Position numbers and translations under genes: made by a program. The notes beneath the pieces were generated by a model. It searched no databases and was not told where the DNA came from. It worked only from the letters and a program-made list of their open reading frames with translations. From Eremomyces bilateralis CBS 781.70 (Eukaryota), in the NCBI GenBank assembly GCA_010015585.1, contig ML975154.1: a stretch of 64,000 nucleotides of DNA; one strand, 5' to 3'. How positions within the stretch are numbered: the stretch's first letter is position 1; each line of letters opens with the position of its first letter. Below, one piece after another: positions 1 through 11,108 of the stretch.

Positions 1-792
1 ATATCGGCGTCCTAAATATGGTCAATTCACAGTCAACGGCCGAAAACTCGTGTACCTACTAGGAAGTGGAGGCAAATCATTGCATACAGTAACCACTCGT
101 CGAAAGAAAGCATGCAATGAATGACGAGCCGCTTGAAGTGTCATTCGACCCCCCTTAGGATCCTGGAAGCCGAGGGTAACATCACCGTGTCTCGCATTCT
201 TGCGGTACGTGAAGGTGAAGGTGTAAGATTCAAGAACATGCTCGGGATGTTCAGGGTCCTCAAAAATGTTGAGTTGCAGTGCTCGGAGGGCTTTCCGAAC
301 GATAGCATCGGCAGCACCTTTCTCCTACACGCGAGTCATAATCAGAGGCGATATGCCATATTCGATGTCAACTTACAAGCCAGTCTAGTAGCGTGTCCGA
401 GTTAGCGCTACGGCCGCGCTGGATGATATTCATGGCAGCTCCAGCACTCCCGGTCCTATGAAGAGATCGTCCAGTGACAAGACGAGACTGATCACCGAAA
501 GGCAGCAAGGAGTCAACGTGGGTGTTCTCGAAGACATGGTCGTCAAATAGATCCCTTGATCGTATGTCAGTGTTAGTCAAACATACTTCTACCATAAACG
601 CACCTGAGAAAGGCCACCGAACTCAGCTAGCCGACGTCAGCGCTACGCTCTCATCTAGTGGCACGCATCACTTACAGATCCAAGGAGCAGCTTCTGTACT
701 ATCTGGGCGCTGATGGTTTCAGTCACGGTGTCCGTGGTTGTTGCAGAAGCTGCGACTGCGGTAAGCTGCCTAGGGCGCTGTGTTGTCGCCAT
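1..792 (-). CDS. HOP1: HORMA-domain meiotic axis protein, Hop1-like (5' part; runs off the left edge)
   Basis: Manual splice: exons 792-676, 626-604, 554-377, 324-60, 11-<1, all GT..AG and phase-consistent. Translation MATTQRP...SAQIVQKLLLGS/LSSVAFLR/DLFDDHVFE...IIQRGRSANSDTLLDWL/EKGAADAIVRKALRALQLNIFEDPEHPEHVLESYTFTFTY...FFRRVVTVCNDLPPLP/RRRY matches the HORMA core pattern of fungal Hop1 proteins. Confidence 0.85.
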
Positions 793-2842
793 ACTTTGGG
801 ATGAGATACAATTCAACCATACAACGCTATTTGGAAGCGGACATTAAGCAACTTGAAGAATGAAACAATGTCACCAACGGCAATATTTCACCGGGAAGTG
901 AACGAGCACATCAGAAATGACATGGAGGGCGATGAAGTCTGGGGACGGGCGACATGAAGTTGAGATAGTCGGCATGCCAAAGGAGGAAGGAGCCCCTAAC
1001 GCAGTGGTGGATGGGAAGGAACGCCCGAATTTCCACACAAACGCCAAGCTGCAATATCAAATCGTACAGACAATGAGAAGAGTATTATTAGTTCAACAAT
1101 TAGAAGCCAGAATTAATGGTGTTGATAGGGTGGACTTTGAATGATCCTCCTAGGACTAATATGACGAGGCGATGCCGAGCCACTTGTACTAATTCAGTGA
1201 GACTTGTCGACGACATGTTGATATACCATCCACACAAACCAAAAAAGTCTCGCAGTAGGTTCAGTAGACAAACGGATCATAATGCCCATCTTCTTTTCAT
1301 CTCGCCGGCAGCGACCGAAGCCTTCCGAGCCTATACCACGAACGTGGAATATTCGTCCTCAGGCCACGCGAAACGGGAGACCAACCTAAGTTAGCATACT
1401 GCATACAACTCAATCAACAATACGCAGATCAAGAATCTTTCTGTTGGACATGCGAAGCAAATGGTGGACTGAGACAGAACGACCGAAATTCCGGAAACGA
1501 CATTTATATCCGTATTGCACGAATCCACCGATCATCTCGTCCCGATTCACAGACGGGACTGAAAAAGAATCACTCTATCTCCTTAGGACGAAATTGGTTA
1601 ATATGACATAATGGAGCGCTTGAAATGCATGACGACAATTCGAACGACGACATCACAATCTCGCTGAGGAGTGGCTGCCTGGAAAGCTGCCACGACTGGT
1701 TGCGGTAATGGCTTCAAAACGCATCCGTACGGAGTACATTACTTTAGATCGAGGTCAAGCACTGACTGCACTGTCCATCAAGATGATTCTAGGATGGTCA
1801 TGATTAGTCGATACTCTATGGAAGGCATTACTCTATCCGACGGCGATCTTGCCACCACGGATCAAATATTTGCACATGCCCATATCCGTCGTATATGCAG
1901 GAGGTTGAAGACTTGAAATGAAGAAGACAAGGGTGGCGCAAGTGGCTGGAAGTCGCAAAAACGTTGAACCGGAGCGGGTTTAACCCTAAAGCGGGCGGTC
2001 GGGAGGCTGTCGAGGGCGCTCGGCGATGTCACGGCAGGGGCAAGAGCTGGCAACGAGCTGGGATGAGCTGGGAAGAGTTGGCAAATCACAAGGCAGCCGC
2101 GGGGCCATTGCCAGGTTCGCCTGCCCGAAATGGCGAACCAGCAGCCGTGAAACGCACGTTGAAAGCTCTCCAGTTTCCACCCGTGACTTGGTTTAATCAT
2201 AAATGTCACGTGCAGGCATTTTGCCCGCCCACGGATCTTGAATCATCAACCAACCAACCCGCTGCTGGTATGGAACGAACACCACCAACTCTCTGGACTG
2301 CTCTCGACTGAACCACTGCACCCATCGGTTTTCCTCCTCCCTCCATCCCTCCATCGTCGCCTTCACATTCATCCAACCCCTCCACCTCCCACTCGAATAC
2401 CGTCCAGGAACTCCCAAACTCTCGTAAAAGCTTCTGACGAGACTTTCCATCTGTCTCCTCCTTTCGACACCTGGAACCTGGAACGCTGGACGCTCGCCGT
2501 CAACTCTTGAGCAACTTCATTCCAGAATGAGATTCCCCGCAACACGGCATATCCTCTGGGGAAGTTGTTAAGTGCGTGTTCGGGTACTCGAAGGTGTCTT
2601 TGTCCATATCGAGGCATGCGAACTGCAACATCGTCCTTGTTCCCAGTTCAACAAGCCGAAGGTGCTCCTTTCCACGGTGTTCCTTTCCACGGTGTTGTTG
2701 GCGTAAACGATTGACTCCTTCGGGCTTGCACGACACACTTTCTCCCTGACCCATACGCAACTCTTCCAAGAACATACGCAACACCTTAACCGTTCATGTG
2801 TTGGTCTTCACATGCCCGTGAATATCCTTCAGAATTAAATCT

Positions 2843-5800
2843 ATGGATATCGCTTCATCCATGAATGCTTCTGTTCCCTCGCCCCTCTCCTCCTTCGAAG
2901 ATCCTGCACCTCCTCCTGACACAACCCAGATGGCATCGAACAGAAAATCCCGGGGCCCTTCCCTCGAGAACTCTTCTCCTGTAACAAACCCCGGAGATTC
3001 ATTCGGCACCTTTGGACATTTATCGTCAGCGACACAGACAACTGTTGTCACCACCACAACGACTACCACCACCTCTTTTCCGCCCCTGGTCTTCAATTCA
3101 CCTCGAAGTCTCAGCGAGCGTGACCCGAAACAATACCCTCTCGCCGCTTCTCCCACACCAGCTTCGATTCGACAGCTTAGCTTCAACCTTGGGGGTCGAC
3201 CTGCTTTTTTGAAGGAGTCCGAGAACTTCAAGCATGCACTGGAAGAGGTACGTTCGAGGACTGCACACCTTGCATCGCTAGTTCCCTATGATCTGTTCTA
3301 TTGTTCATTGCATGAATTCTGACGTCGACCAGTATAAACAATCCCAAGAATCCCTTCAAGCGTCCAACGGAGCCATTCACTCGTACCCTGCATCGGAAAC
3401 CATGGTTGAGAACCCGTTCAACCCGTCGAAACCTGTTCCATCCAACACCGATCGGAAACGGCCAGCCCGGTCTCCACTTCCCGAAATGTCGAACAATCGT
3501 TCTACTTCACCACTTGTCGAAGTATCCAACAAGCGTTCGAATTCACGACCCGCAAATATCCTCACACAAGCTGCGGAGAAACTCGCTATGCAGCGACCGA
3601 CGAAAAAGGCTCGAATGATGTCTGACGAAGTTTCTCAACGTCGCTCCCCGCGCCTACAGGAGAACATCGGTGAACACGTTGTCGAGACACCAGTCCGGTC
3701 GTCTTCTAGCCGAAGATTGTCGGGTTTGCACCATGGACACAAGGTCCAAGTCGATGGTGCGTCAGCGAGCGATCAAGACCGGGCCTGGAGGCTGAAGGGC
3801 AAAATGGCTCGAGCAAGAGGGACTGCATCTAAAGTCCCAGCTCCCCTGGGCACTCCCGAGTCCGGTATCTTGCGACTACGGCCTCGGCCGAGTGGATTCG
3901 CTACTCCCCTGGAAAGTGGCAGTTGCTCCGCTGATTCTACGGAACTCGACCACTCGCACCTTCTGGATGCTCCCGCACCTGCCCCTGGCATTGCTGCCAC
4001 TCCTCCTATAGCAGAAAGCGATCTTGAGCCATATGTCGAGGGCGAACAACGCACTAACCGCCTTCCTCCTCCTCCTCGACCTACACCTTTAAACACGTTG
4101 GCCGCACAAGACGCCAGTCTGCCTAGCCCAAGTCTATCACCCATCACGGCTGCTGCCCAGTTGCATCCGCCAGCTGAAAATTCGAACGATATGGACTCCA
4201 CCCTCGATGGACGGTTTGATCTGGACACACGAAGTCGGCAGGAGTCTCAGGAGTCCGAGGCACTGCGATCGATCCAGATGCTGAGAAGTTCTCTCAAACC
4301 GACAGGCATTGGCATTCCATCCACAGCCGCGGATTTCAGTCCTAATCCCCAACTTCCGACTCCCACCCTCATGGACGTTCCAAATATGGTTGACACTTTC
4401 GATGCCATGCCCACGGATTTGCAAACATATGTGATGTTCCAACTGCTCCGCCGGTGCTCGAAGAAAACCCTGCACTTTGTTGCCGAGACGGTGAATCCTG
4501 CGCTGAAAATCGATTTCCTTGGTCTGCTCCCTCTCGAACTCAGTCTGAACATCTGTCGCTTCCTCGACACTAAGAGTATGTGCCGTGCGGCACAAGTGTC
4601 CAAGAAATGGCGGCAGATCGTGGATACGGATGAAAGGGCATGGAAGGATTTGCTCGACAAGGATGGCTACCTTATGCCGGAAGGCGAAATCGATCGAGCG
4701 ATCAAAGAAGGCTGGGCTTGGCAGCATCCCACTCCCACCGATGATTACGAGCGGGACCTCAGCTGGTATGTCAAACCGAAGCTGGAGATTGCCGATTCGC
4801 CTGGATCATTGGCTTCATATGGAATAGCCGATGCGGGAGAGGGGAAAGTGACGTCATCAGGAAAGAAGAGGAGAGCGGTAACATCAGGCGTAAGGAGCAG
4901 CAAGAGGTTGAAGAAGAAAGAAAAGGCATCTTCAATTACTCACGAAACCGTTTCTATGCAGGCTCTGGAGCGATTTCAAGGACCAAATACCTACGCAAAC
5001 GCGGCTGCCGTCGCCATTCCAGACCCGAAGATTGGACTTCCTAATCTGCGGAACCTTCATCTCTTCAAGTCGATCTACCGCCGCCATCATCTGATTCGAC
5101 GCAGCTGGATGGACGGGGAATCGAAACCATATCATCTTGCGTTCCAGGCTCACCACCGTCATGTAGTGACTTGCCTCCAATTCGACACGGACAAAATCTT
5201 GACCGGCAGCGACGACACGAATATCCACGTCTACGACACGAAGACGGGGGCGAGGATCGGGACACTTGCCGGTCATGAAGGCGGCGTATGGGCTCTTCAG
5301 TATGAAGGAAATACTCTTGTGTCCGGTTCCACCGACCGATCAGTCCGAGTCTGGGACATCAATCGCGGCAAGTGTCTGCAGATTTTCCAAGGCCATACAT
5401 CCACCGTCCGGTGTCTGGTCATTCTGAAGCCGACGCAAGTCGGAGAAAATGCGGATGGCAGCCCGATCATGCTGCCGAAGGAGCCATTGATCATCACCGG
5501 ATCCCGCGACTCGACGCTTCGGGTTTGGAAACTCCCTCAACCCGGCGAACGATCCATCTTCCAGTCCGGCCCCACCGTCAACGAGTACGACAACCCGTAT
5601 TTCGTTCGTGTTCTCGCTGGCCACAACCACTCCGTCCGCGCCATCGCTGCGCACGCCGACACCCTCGTATCCGGCAGCTACGACACCACGGTCCGGGTTT
5701 GGCGGATCTCCACCGGTGAGACCATCCACCATCTGCGGGGGCACACATCGAAAGTATACAGCGTCGTCCTTGACCACGAACGCAACCGCTGCATCAGTGG

Positions 5801-6379
5801 GTCGATGGACAACATGGTCAAGGTCTGGTCGATCGAGACGGGGCAATGCCTCTTCAACCTCGAAGGGCATTCCTCGCTCGTCGGGCTCCTCGACCTCTCG
5901 CACGGTCGCCTCGTCAGCGCGGCGGCCGACTCGACATTGCGGATCTGGGATCCAGAGAACGGGCAATGCAAGAGCACGCTCTCCGCGCATACCGGGGCGA
6001 TCACCTGCTTCCAACATGACGGGCAGAAAGTGGTGAGCGGCAGCGACCGCACGCTCAAGATGTGGGACATCAAGACGGGGGAGTGTGTCAAGGACCTGCT
6101 GACGGATTTGAGCGGGGTGTGGCAGGTGAAGTTCAACGAGCGGAGATGTGTGGCGGCGGTGCAGAGGAATCGGTTTACGTATATCGAGGTGAGTGTTCTC
6201 TCGTGAACCCTATTACAGGAACGACTAGAACTAATGTTTGGTCTGGATAGGTTCTGGACTTCGGTGCCGCTCGTGATGGGATATCGGAGGACCAGCTCGG
6301 CGTGCGGACTCTGGTCGATGCGAATGGGGATCCCATGTCCGAGTCGCCGGAGTCCGATGACGAAGACGGACTGAACTAA
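2843..6379 (+). CDS. CDC4: SCF F-box/WD40 substrate adaptor, Cdc4/Fbw7-like (~1129 aa)
   Basis: Exons 2843-3247, 3333-6188, 6251-6379; introns GTACGT..CTGAC..CAG and GTGAGT..CTAAT..TAG, both phase 0. F-box DFLGLLPLELSLNICRFLD...VSKKWRQI after a dimerisation-like segment; WD40 repeats VVTCLQFD, GHEGGVWAL, SGSTDRSVRVWD, GHTSTVRCL; C-terminal IEVLDFGA. Confidence 0.93.
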
Positions 6380-9300
6380 ACGACACTACACTACACTGCA
6401 TTGCGAAGGAAGGAAAAGAAAAGGGATGGGACCGGAGAGGAGTTCCTTGTTCGGGTCTACACGACGCTCACGACACGGCGACACGGCTGTTTTGTTTCTA
6501 GCATCGTATGTTACGGCTAGCGAGCATTTCCACGGGTGTTCAGGGCATTTCACAGCGCTACTGCACACCATGTTTTTCTCGTGTTTACCCCTCCCCATCT
6601 CATGAGACCGCTGGATGGGTCGATCCGCTTGGCGATCGATGTCCGGAGGTGTGGACGTTGGATGTACGGAGAGTACGCACGACAGTACCAACTACCAGCA
6701 TTTCTACCGGTGGCACGATCATGATCTGTCGGGCGGCATGACCTTGAATGCATTGTCATCATTCCGCATTCTCGGCGCGAGGGTTATTGCGGTCCGTTGG
6801 CCACCAGATGTTCTTCTGAGGCTGTTTAGATACCAGGAGTAGGGATTCCATGTGCAATTTTATGAGTGTTCACGAACCGCCGTTGCTGCTTGGTGTCTTG
6901 AGTTTGGTGAGAATTGAGCAATGGTAATACACGTACATCATCCATCAATGATTCAGGAACGAGACGATCTGTCCATGTCGATCGGCGGACTTATTGTCTT
7001 TATTGTCGGGACTATTGCCGGCACTGCTCCCGGTGGGACGGTATCCGTGCGTACTGCTTATTGCTTAATTCATAATTGTCGTTGCAGTTGTGGTTACATC
7101 GCTTTGGTGGGTGGATACGGTAGCTTCGCCTTCACCCGAGCCCACTGTTCCCGCTCTCCCGAACTGCATTACTACAGTGGACTGGTAAACCGTAAACCGT
7201 AAACCGTAAACTGTAAATCCTTTCCCGCCGTATCCGCGTGATCTTGAAGCCCGATATCGAACGATAGCTACCGGCATCTCGAAATCCGCAGCGAACCTCA
7301 CCCATTCCTCCAACTGACTGATCATAATTCCCCCCGAACCGACCGAATTCGGTTTCATTGCCCCTTTCTGCAGCGTTCCACCAGATCGACATTGTATCAC
7401 CGTCACCCGATCTCGTGGCCCTTGGACAACATGGCGCTATTGCCTCCCGGGCTCTTCATTGGCGACGTCAGAACTCAGCACTCAGAAGTGGAGGTTCCAG
7501 ATGTCTTGGTCTATTCTTAGCAAGCGAGATCGGGGAGCACGGCGGCGGGCCAGCCTGGGAGCTTTGCCAGCGGGACAAATAGCGCTCATTCGACATTGGT
7601 GCCTGGGATGCTGGAGCGGGGAGAAAACCAAAATGTCTTGAACTCTTGCGGCTAATATCGGGGATCATAGTTATACGAGTCGGGGTAATTCAGAGATCAG
7701 CTAAGTTTCATCGTTGCAATACGAAAGATGGAGAATGGGGAATATGGTCAAAAATTGGGTTTTCCAATACCGGTACAGTAGGGCTTACATACATGATCGT
7801 TTGCAATATCACGCCAATATGTATGGCGAAAGGTTTAAATAATTGCTCCATTTGTGCTTCATCGTCATGGAGTCCCCTGCGACGTGGGAGGATTGGCAGT
7901 GCATTGGAGATGGCGTTTGGCAGGGCTGAGGAGGTGGACATTGGACACGACAGGTTTGGCGTTGGGCTTTTGGGGCATTCCCTTGACTTGGGAATCCCAA
8001 GTTCCAAGATGTCGAATTGCCATAGCGGGATGGATCCGAATTCATTACTCCTAAGTCCTAAGTCCTAAGTACCTACTGTAGAGAGCCGAGATGGTGTCAT
8101 GATGTGCCTTGATTTGCACAGCGAACTTGGAGAATCCCCCGCTTCAATCTATCTCACCATCATGGGAGTAGTTCATAACACCTTGCGAAGTGGAATCGGT
8201 GAAGTCAGAAGTGGAATCGGTGCGGAATCTACAATGGAGAAAATGAGAGAATCCTCGTCATCGTAAGACCTGCTACGCTCTTTTTAGTTACAATAGAAGC
8301 CCACTCTCGCCATCGCCTTCTCCACCCTTGCGCTTAGCCTCAATTCGATACTTCTTCCTCCGCGGCTTTCCTGACTTCCTCCAAAGTCAAAACCATCGCA
8401 TCACTGAATTCCATATTCTTTTCCCTCATATTCACCCCTTCGGAACACCAAAGGGATACGGACCACTTGTTGGGCATTTTTCTTTCATCCACTGTGTTCA
8501 CCGAATCCGTCTTGGGTCACGCCAAAGTCAACCCAAACGACCGAACCAACACTTCGCTGCAACTCCACCTGCAGCCATACCGTTCGTTTAGATCCATTAA
8601 TATCAATTCTTCCACTGCATTGATTTGCATTGTCCTCAGCTGAATGCCGGTGCTCCTCTCGCGCCACCTCTGAGACATCGAACCTCTCCGGCTTTCCTGC
8701 TGGCCGCCACCAATTTTGCCTTCGTCCACTTCAAATCAATTGACGCTTCACCCCGCCGTCCGCCGTCCGCCGCCCGCGACCCCCAAGTCCGGCCCTCCCT
8801 TGGGAGACCATCATCGGAATCAGTTCTCCATCGTGCCACGCTGTACTTCCGTACCTCCAGCCGCATCCTCCATCGACCAGGCCAGGTACCGTAGCTGTCC
8901 AGCGCCCCTCCATCGTTTCCACCAGTCGGCAAACGGGTATTGCACCAGCTGCAAACGCCGAGAACGCCGCTTTTCATCCAGCCCAATATCCTCTGGAGCG
9001 ACACCGCTGCACAGCTGTAGGGCGAGGCATCAATATCCTAGACTTGCCTTCCTTGCGGTGCGTCGCCATCGGACCCGCCGTCGGATGTAATACGAGCAGA
9101 ACAGCACATCTCACGGTGCAGCTATCTGCAGTTCTGCACGGCACGTTTGCTTGCTTGGCAGGTAGACGATAGATCCAGTGCCACCGCGATTCGATCGAGA
9201 GGTTGGCTACACTGCAGACTGCGGCTGCAAAAGGCTATTACTTAAAACGACGCGGCATTGCTCCTTTGCTCATAAATCTCTCTTGGCTGGCAACCTCGTC

Positions 9301-9422
9301 GTCGACCCGAGCCTTCGAGTCGTAGCACCCATTGAACCTCGTCTTTCAATTCAAAAGACCCCTTTTAGACCTTCAATTGAGTCCTGTCGGAAGATCGGTA
9401 CACACATCAGCGATTCTCGTCG

Positions 9423-10667
9423 ATGTCCGCCACCATGGTGGACTCATTTTCTCGTTCTCAAGTGCCTCACCGCAAACCCCTCCCTTCAAACAGCAACATT
9501 GCCGTCCCTCCCCATACCGGCGATCAACAACAACAGCAGCAACAGCAGCAACAGCAGCAAGCATCCTTCCGAAACCACCGACACAGTCGCACCGTCTCCT
9601 CGTCGATTTTCCCCCAAGGTGCTCCTGACCAACCCCCCTCCCGAACCCCTTCACAAACCGCCCAATACCCCGAACCCACCCCCATAAACCGCGCCTCCCG
9701 CACCTTCTCTAACGCCACCATCTCCACCACATCCACCTCCTCCGGCCCCCCCACCAAATCCGACCTCCGCCGCGGTGGCTCCACCTCCTCCCGCGGCACC
9801 ACCTCCTCCGTCGCCCCCACCTCCTACGTCGCCCTCATGCGCAAGCAAAAGGCCACCGTCTGGTGCGACCGCAGCCAAGCCGAAGACCCCGCCCTCCTCG
9901 CCCAGCAGCGCGCTGCCCGCGCCCGCGCCACCCGTGAGATGGTCGGCCCATCGCACCTGGCGCGCCGCACGGGGACGCCGACGTCCGGCGCCGCCCCCGG
10001 CAGCATCACAATTGCGAGCGCGAGCAGCAACACGGGGTTGCGCAGTAAGATCCGCCACCATGCGCCGCGGCCGGTGCCGTTTACGGGGGGGAACTTGGCG
10101 GGGCAAACGGGAGTGCCGATGCGGCTGAGCGCGAGCGAGGTGGATGAGGAAGGGGGCGGCACGGGGGAGGATGGAGAGGGGGATCAGTATCATCGGCGCA
10201 CGGGGAGCGGACGGAGTAGTGTGGGGAGCGGGCGGAGGGTGCAGAGTGGGTATTTGGCGCCGGGGCAGGCGGGGCGGTATAGCGTGGGCGAGCGGATCGG
10301 GGGCGCGACGCCGCCGTCCGGGGCAGGGAGCAGCGAGTTGTTGGCGGAGGAAACGTCGGCGCCGGGACGCGCGGCGGGGCGGGCATCGTATGTCGCGGGA
10401 GCCACCGGGTCGGGACCGCCGTCGCGGCTGGGGACGGGGCTGTCCAGACGGAGCTGGAGCAGCGGAGAGAACGCGGAGCAGCTAGAAAGCCAGTTCGGAG
10501 GGCTGGGCGAGATGCGAGAGGCGGAGCGGCCGAAGCTGGTGGTGGCGGAGAAGACGCCGAAGCAGCGGGAGGAGGAGCTGCGGAGGAGGGGCAGTGTGGA
10601 TGATCGGTCGACGAGCATGGGGGCGAATGTGCGGCTGTTTGTGGCGAATCCGGATCTCAGTGATTGA
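9423..10667 (+). CDS. Conserved ascomycete hypothetical protein, largely disordered (414 aa)
   Basis: Single long ORF with strong codon bias; conserved-looking blocks YVALMRKQKATVWCDRSQ, GVPMRLSASEVDEE, ELRRRGSVDDRS and terminal RLFVANPDLSD; poly-Q12 at 9525-9560. Confidence 0.8.
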   Translation: MSATMVDSFSRSQVPHRKPLPSNSNIAVPPHTGDQQQQQQQQQQQQASFRNHRHSRTVSSSIFPQGAPDQPPSRTPSQTAQYPEPTPINRASRTFSNATISTTSTSSGPPTKSDLRRGGSTSSRGTTSSVAPTSYVALMRKQKATVWCDRSQAEDPALLAQQRAARARATREMVGPSHLARRTGTPTSGAAPGSITIASASSNTGLRSKIRHHAPRPVPFTGGNLAGQTGVPMRLSASEVDEEGGGTGEDGEGDQYHRRTGSGRSSVGSGRRVQSGYLAPGQAGRYSVGERIGGATPPSGAGSSELLAEETSAPGRAAGRASYVAGATGSGPPSRLGTGLSRRSWSSGENAEQLESQFGGLGEMREAERPKLVVAEKTPKQREEELRRRGSVDDRSTSMGANVRLFVANPDLSD

Positions 10668-10967
10668 GATGGATGGCAGCGAGAGGAACATGCTTCCGGT
10701 TGATTAATACCCATTAGCCGCTACTAGCGTTTTACTGCTTGGGTTTGGGGATGCGATAGGATACATTATGGCGGAGTATCAATGCTGGGGTCGGAGAGAC
10801 ATTACTTCGAAACAGCCATAATGATCACACTCTTTGTCTAATGCCTGCATTGGTGACAATATACAGTGATCGTGATATATACTACCTCAACTGTTTTCCA
10901 ATTTCATGAGTCCGAATGCTTTTGCGAAATCAACGGAAAGGCAATTCCAGCTCGTGAATCTCAAGGT

Positions 10968-11005
10968 CACGTGGTTTCGCGCACCACTAGCGCCAATCCA
11001 CGCGT
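10968..11005. promoter_or_regulatory. Candidate G1/S promoter elements upstream of the Rad9/Crb2-like gene
   Basis: CACGTG 10968-10973, TTTCGCG (reverse complement of SCB CGCGAAA) 10975-10981 and MCB ACGCGT 11000-11005, about 100-140 bp before ATG 11109. Confidence 0.45.
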
Positions 11006-11108
11006 TTCTCACCGGAACCGCGACTCTCGCGACTTGAAAGCCCCCATTCCATATGAATTCACCACCTAACACACCACCATATTCCTACCATGCATCCAGA
11101 CCACTGAC

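Noticed and set aside
2666..2695. 15-bp tandem duplication upstream of CDC4 (similar ones near 49290 and 35168)
   Set aside because: Simple slippage duplications with no spacers; not CRISPR-like.
4137..6136. Several 150-225-aa antisense or alternate-frame ORFs in CDC4 (similar ones in RAD9 and the 414-aa gene)
   Set aside because: They overlap well-supported genes and are expected in GC-rich coding DNA.
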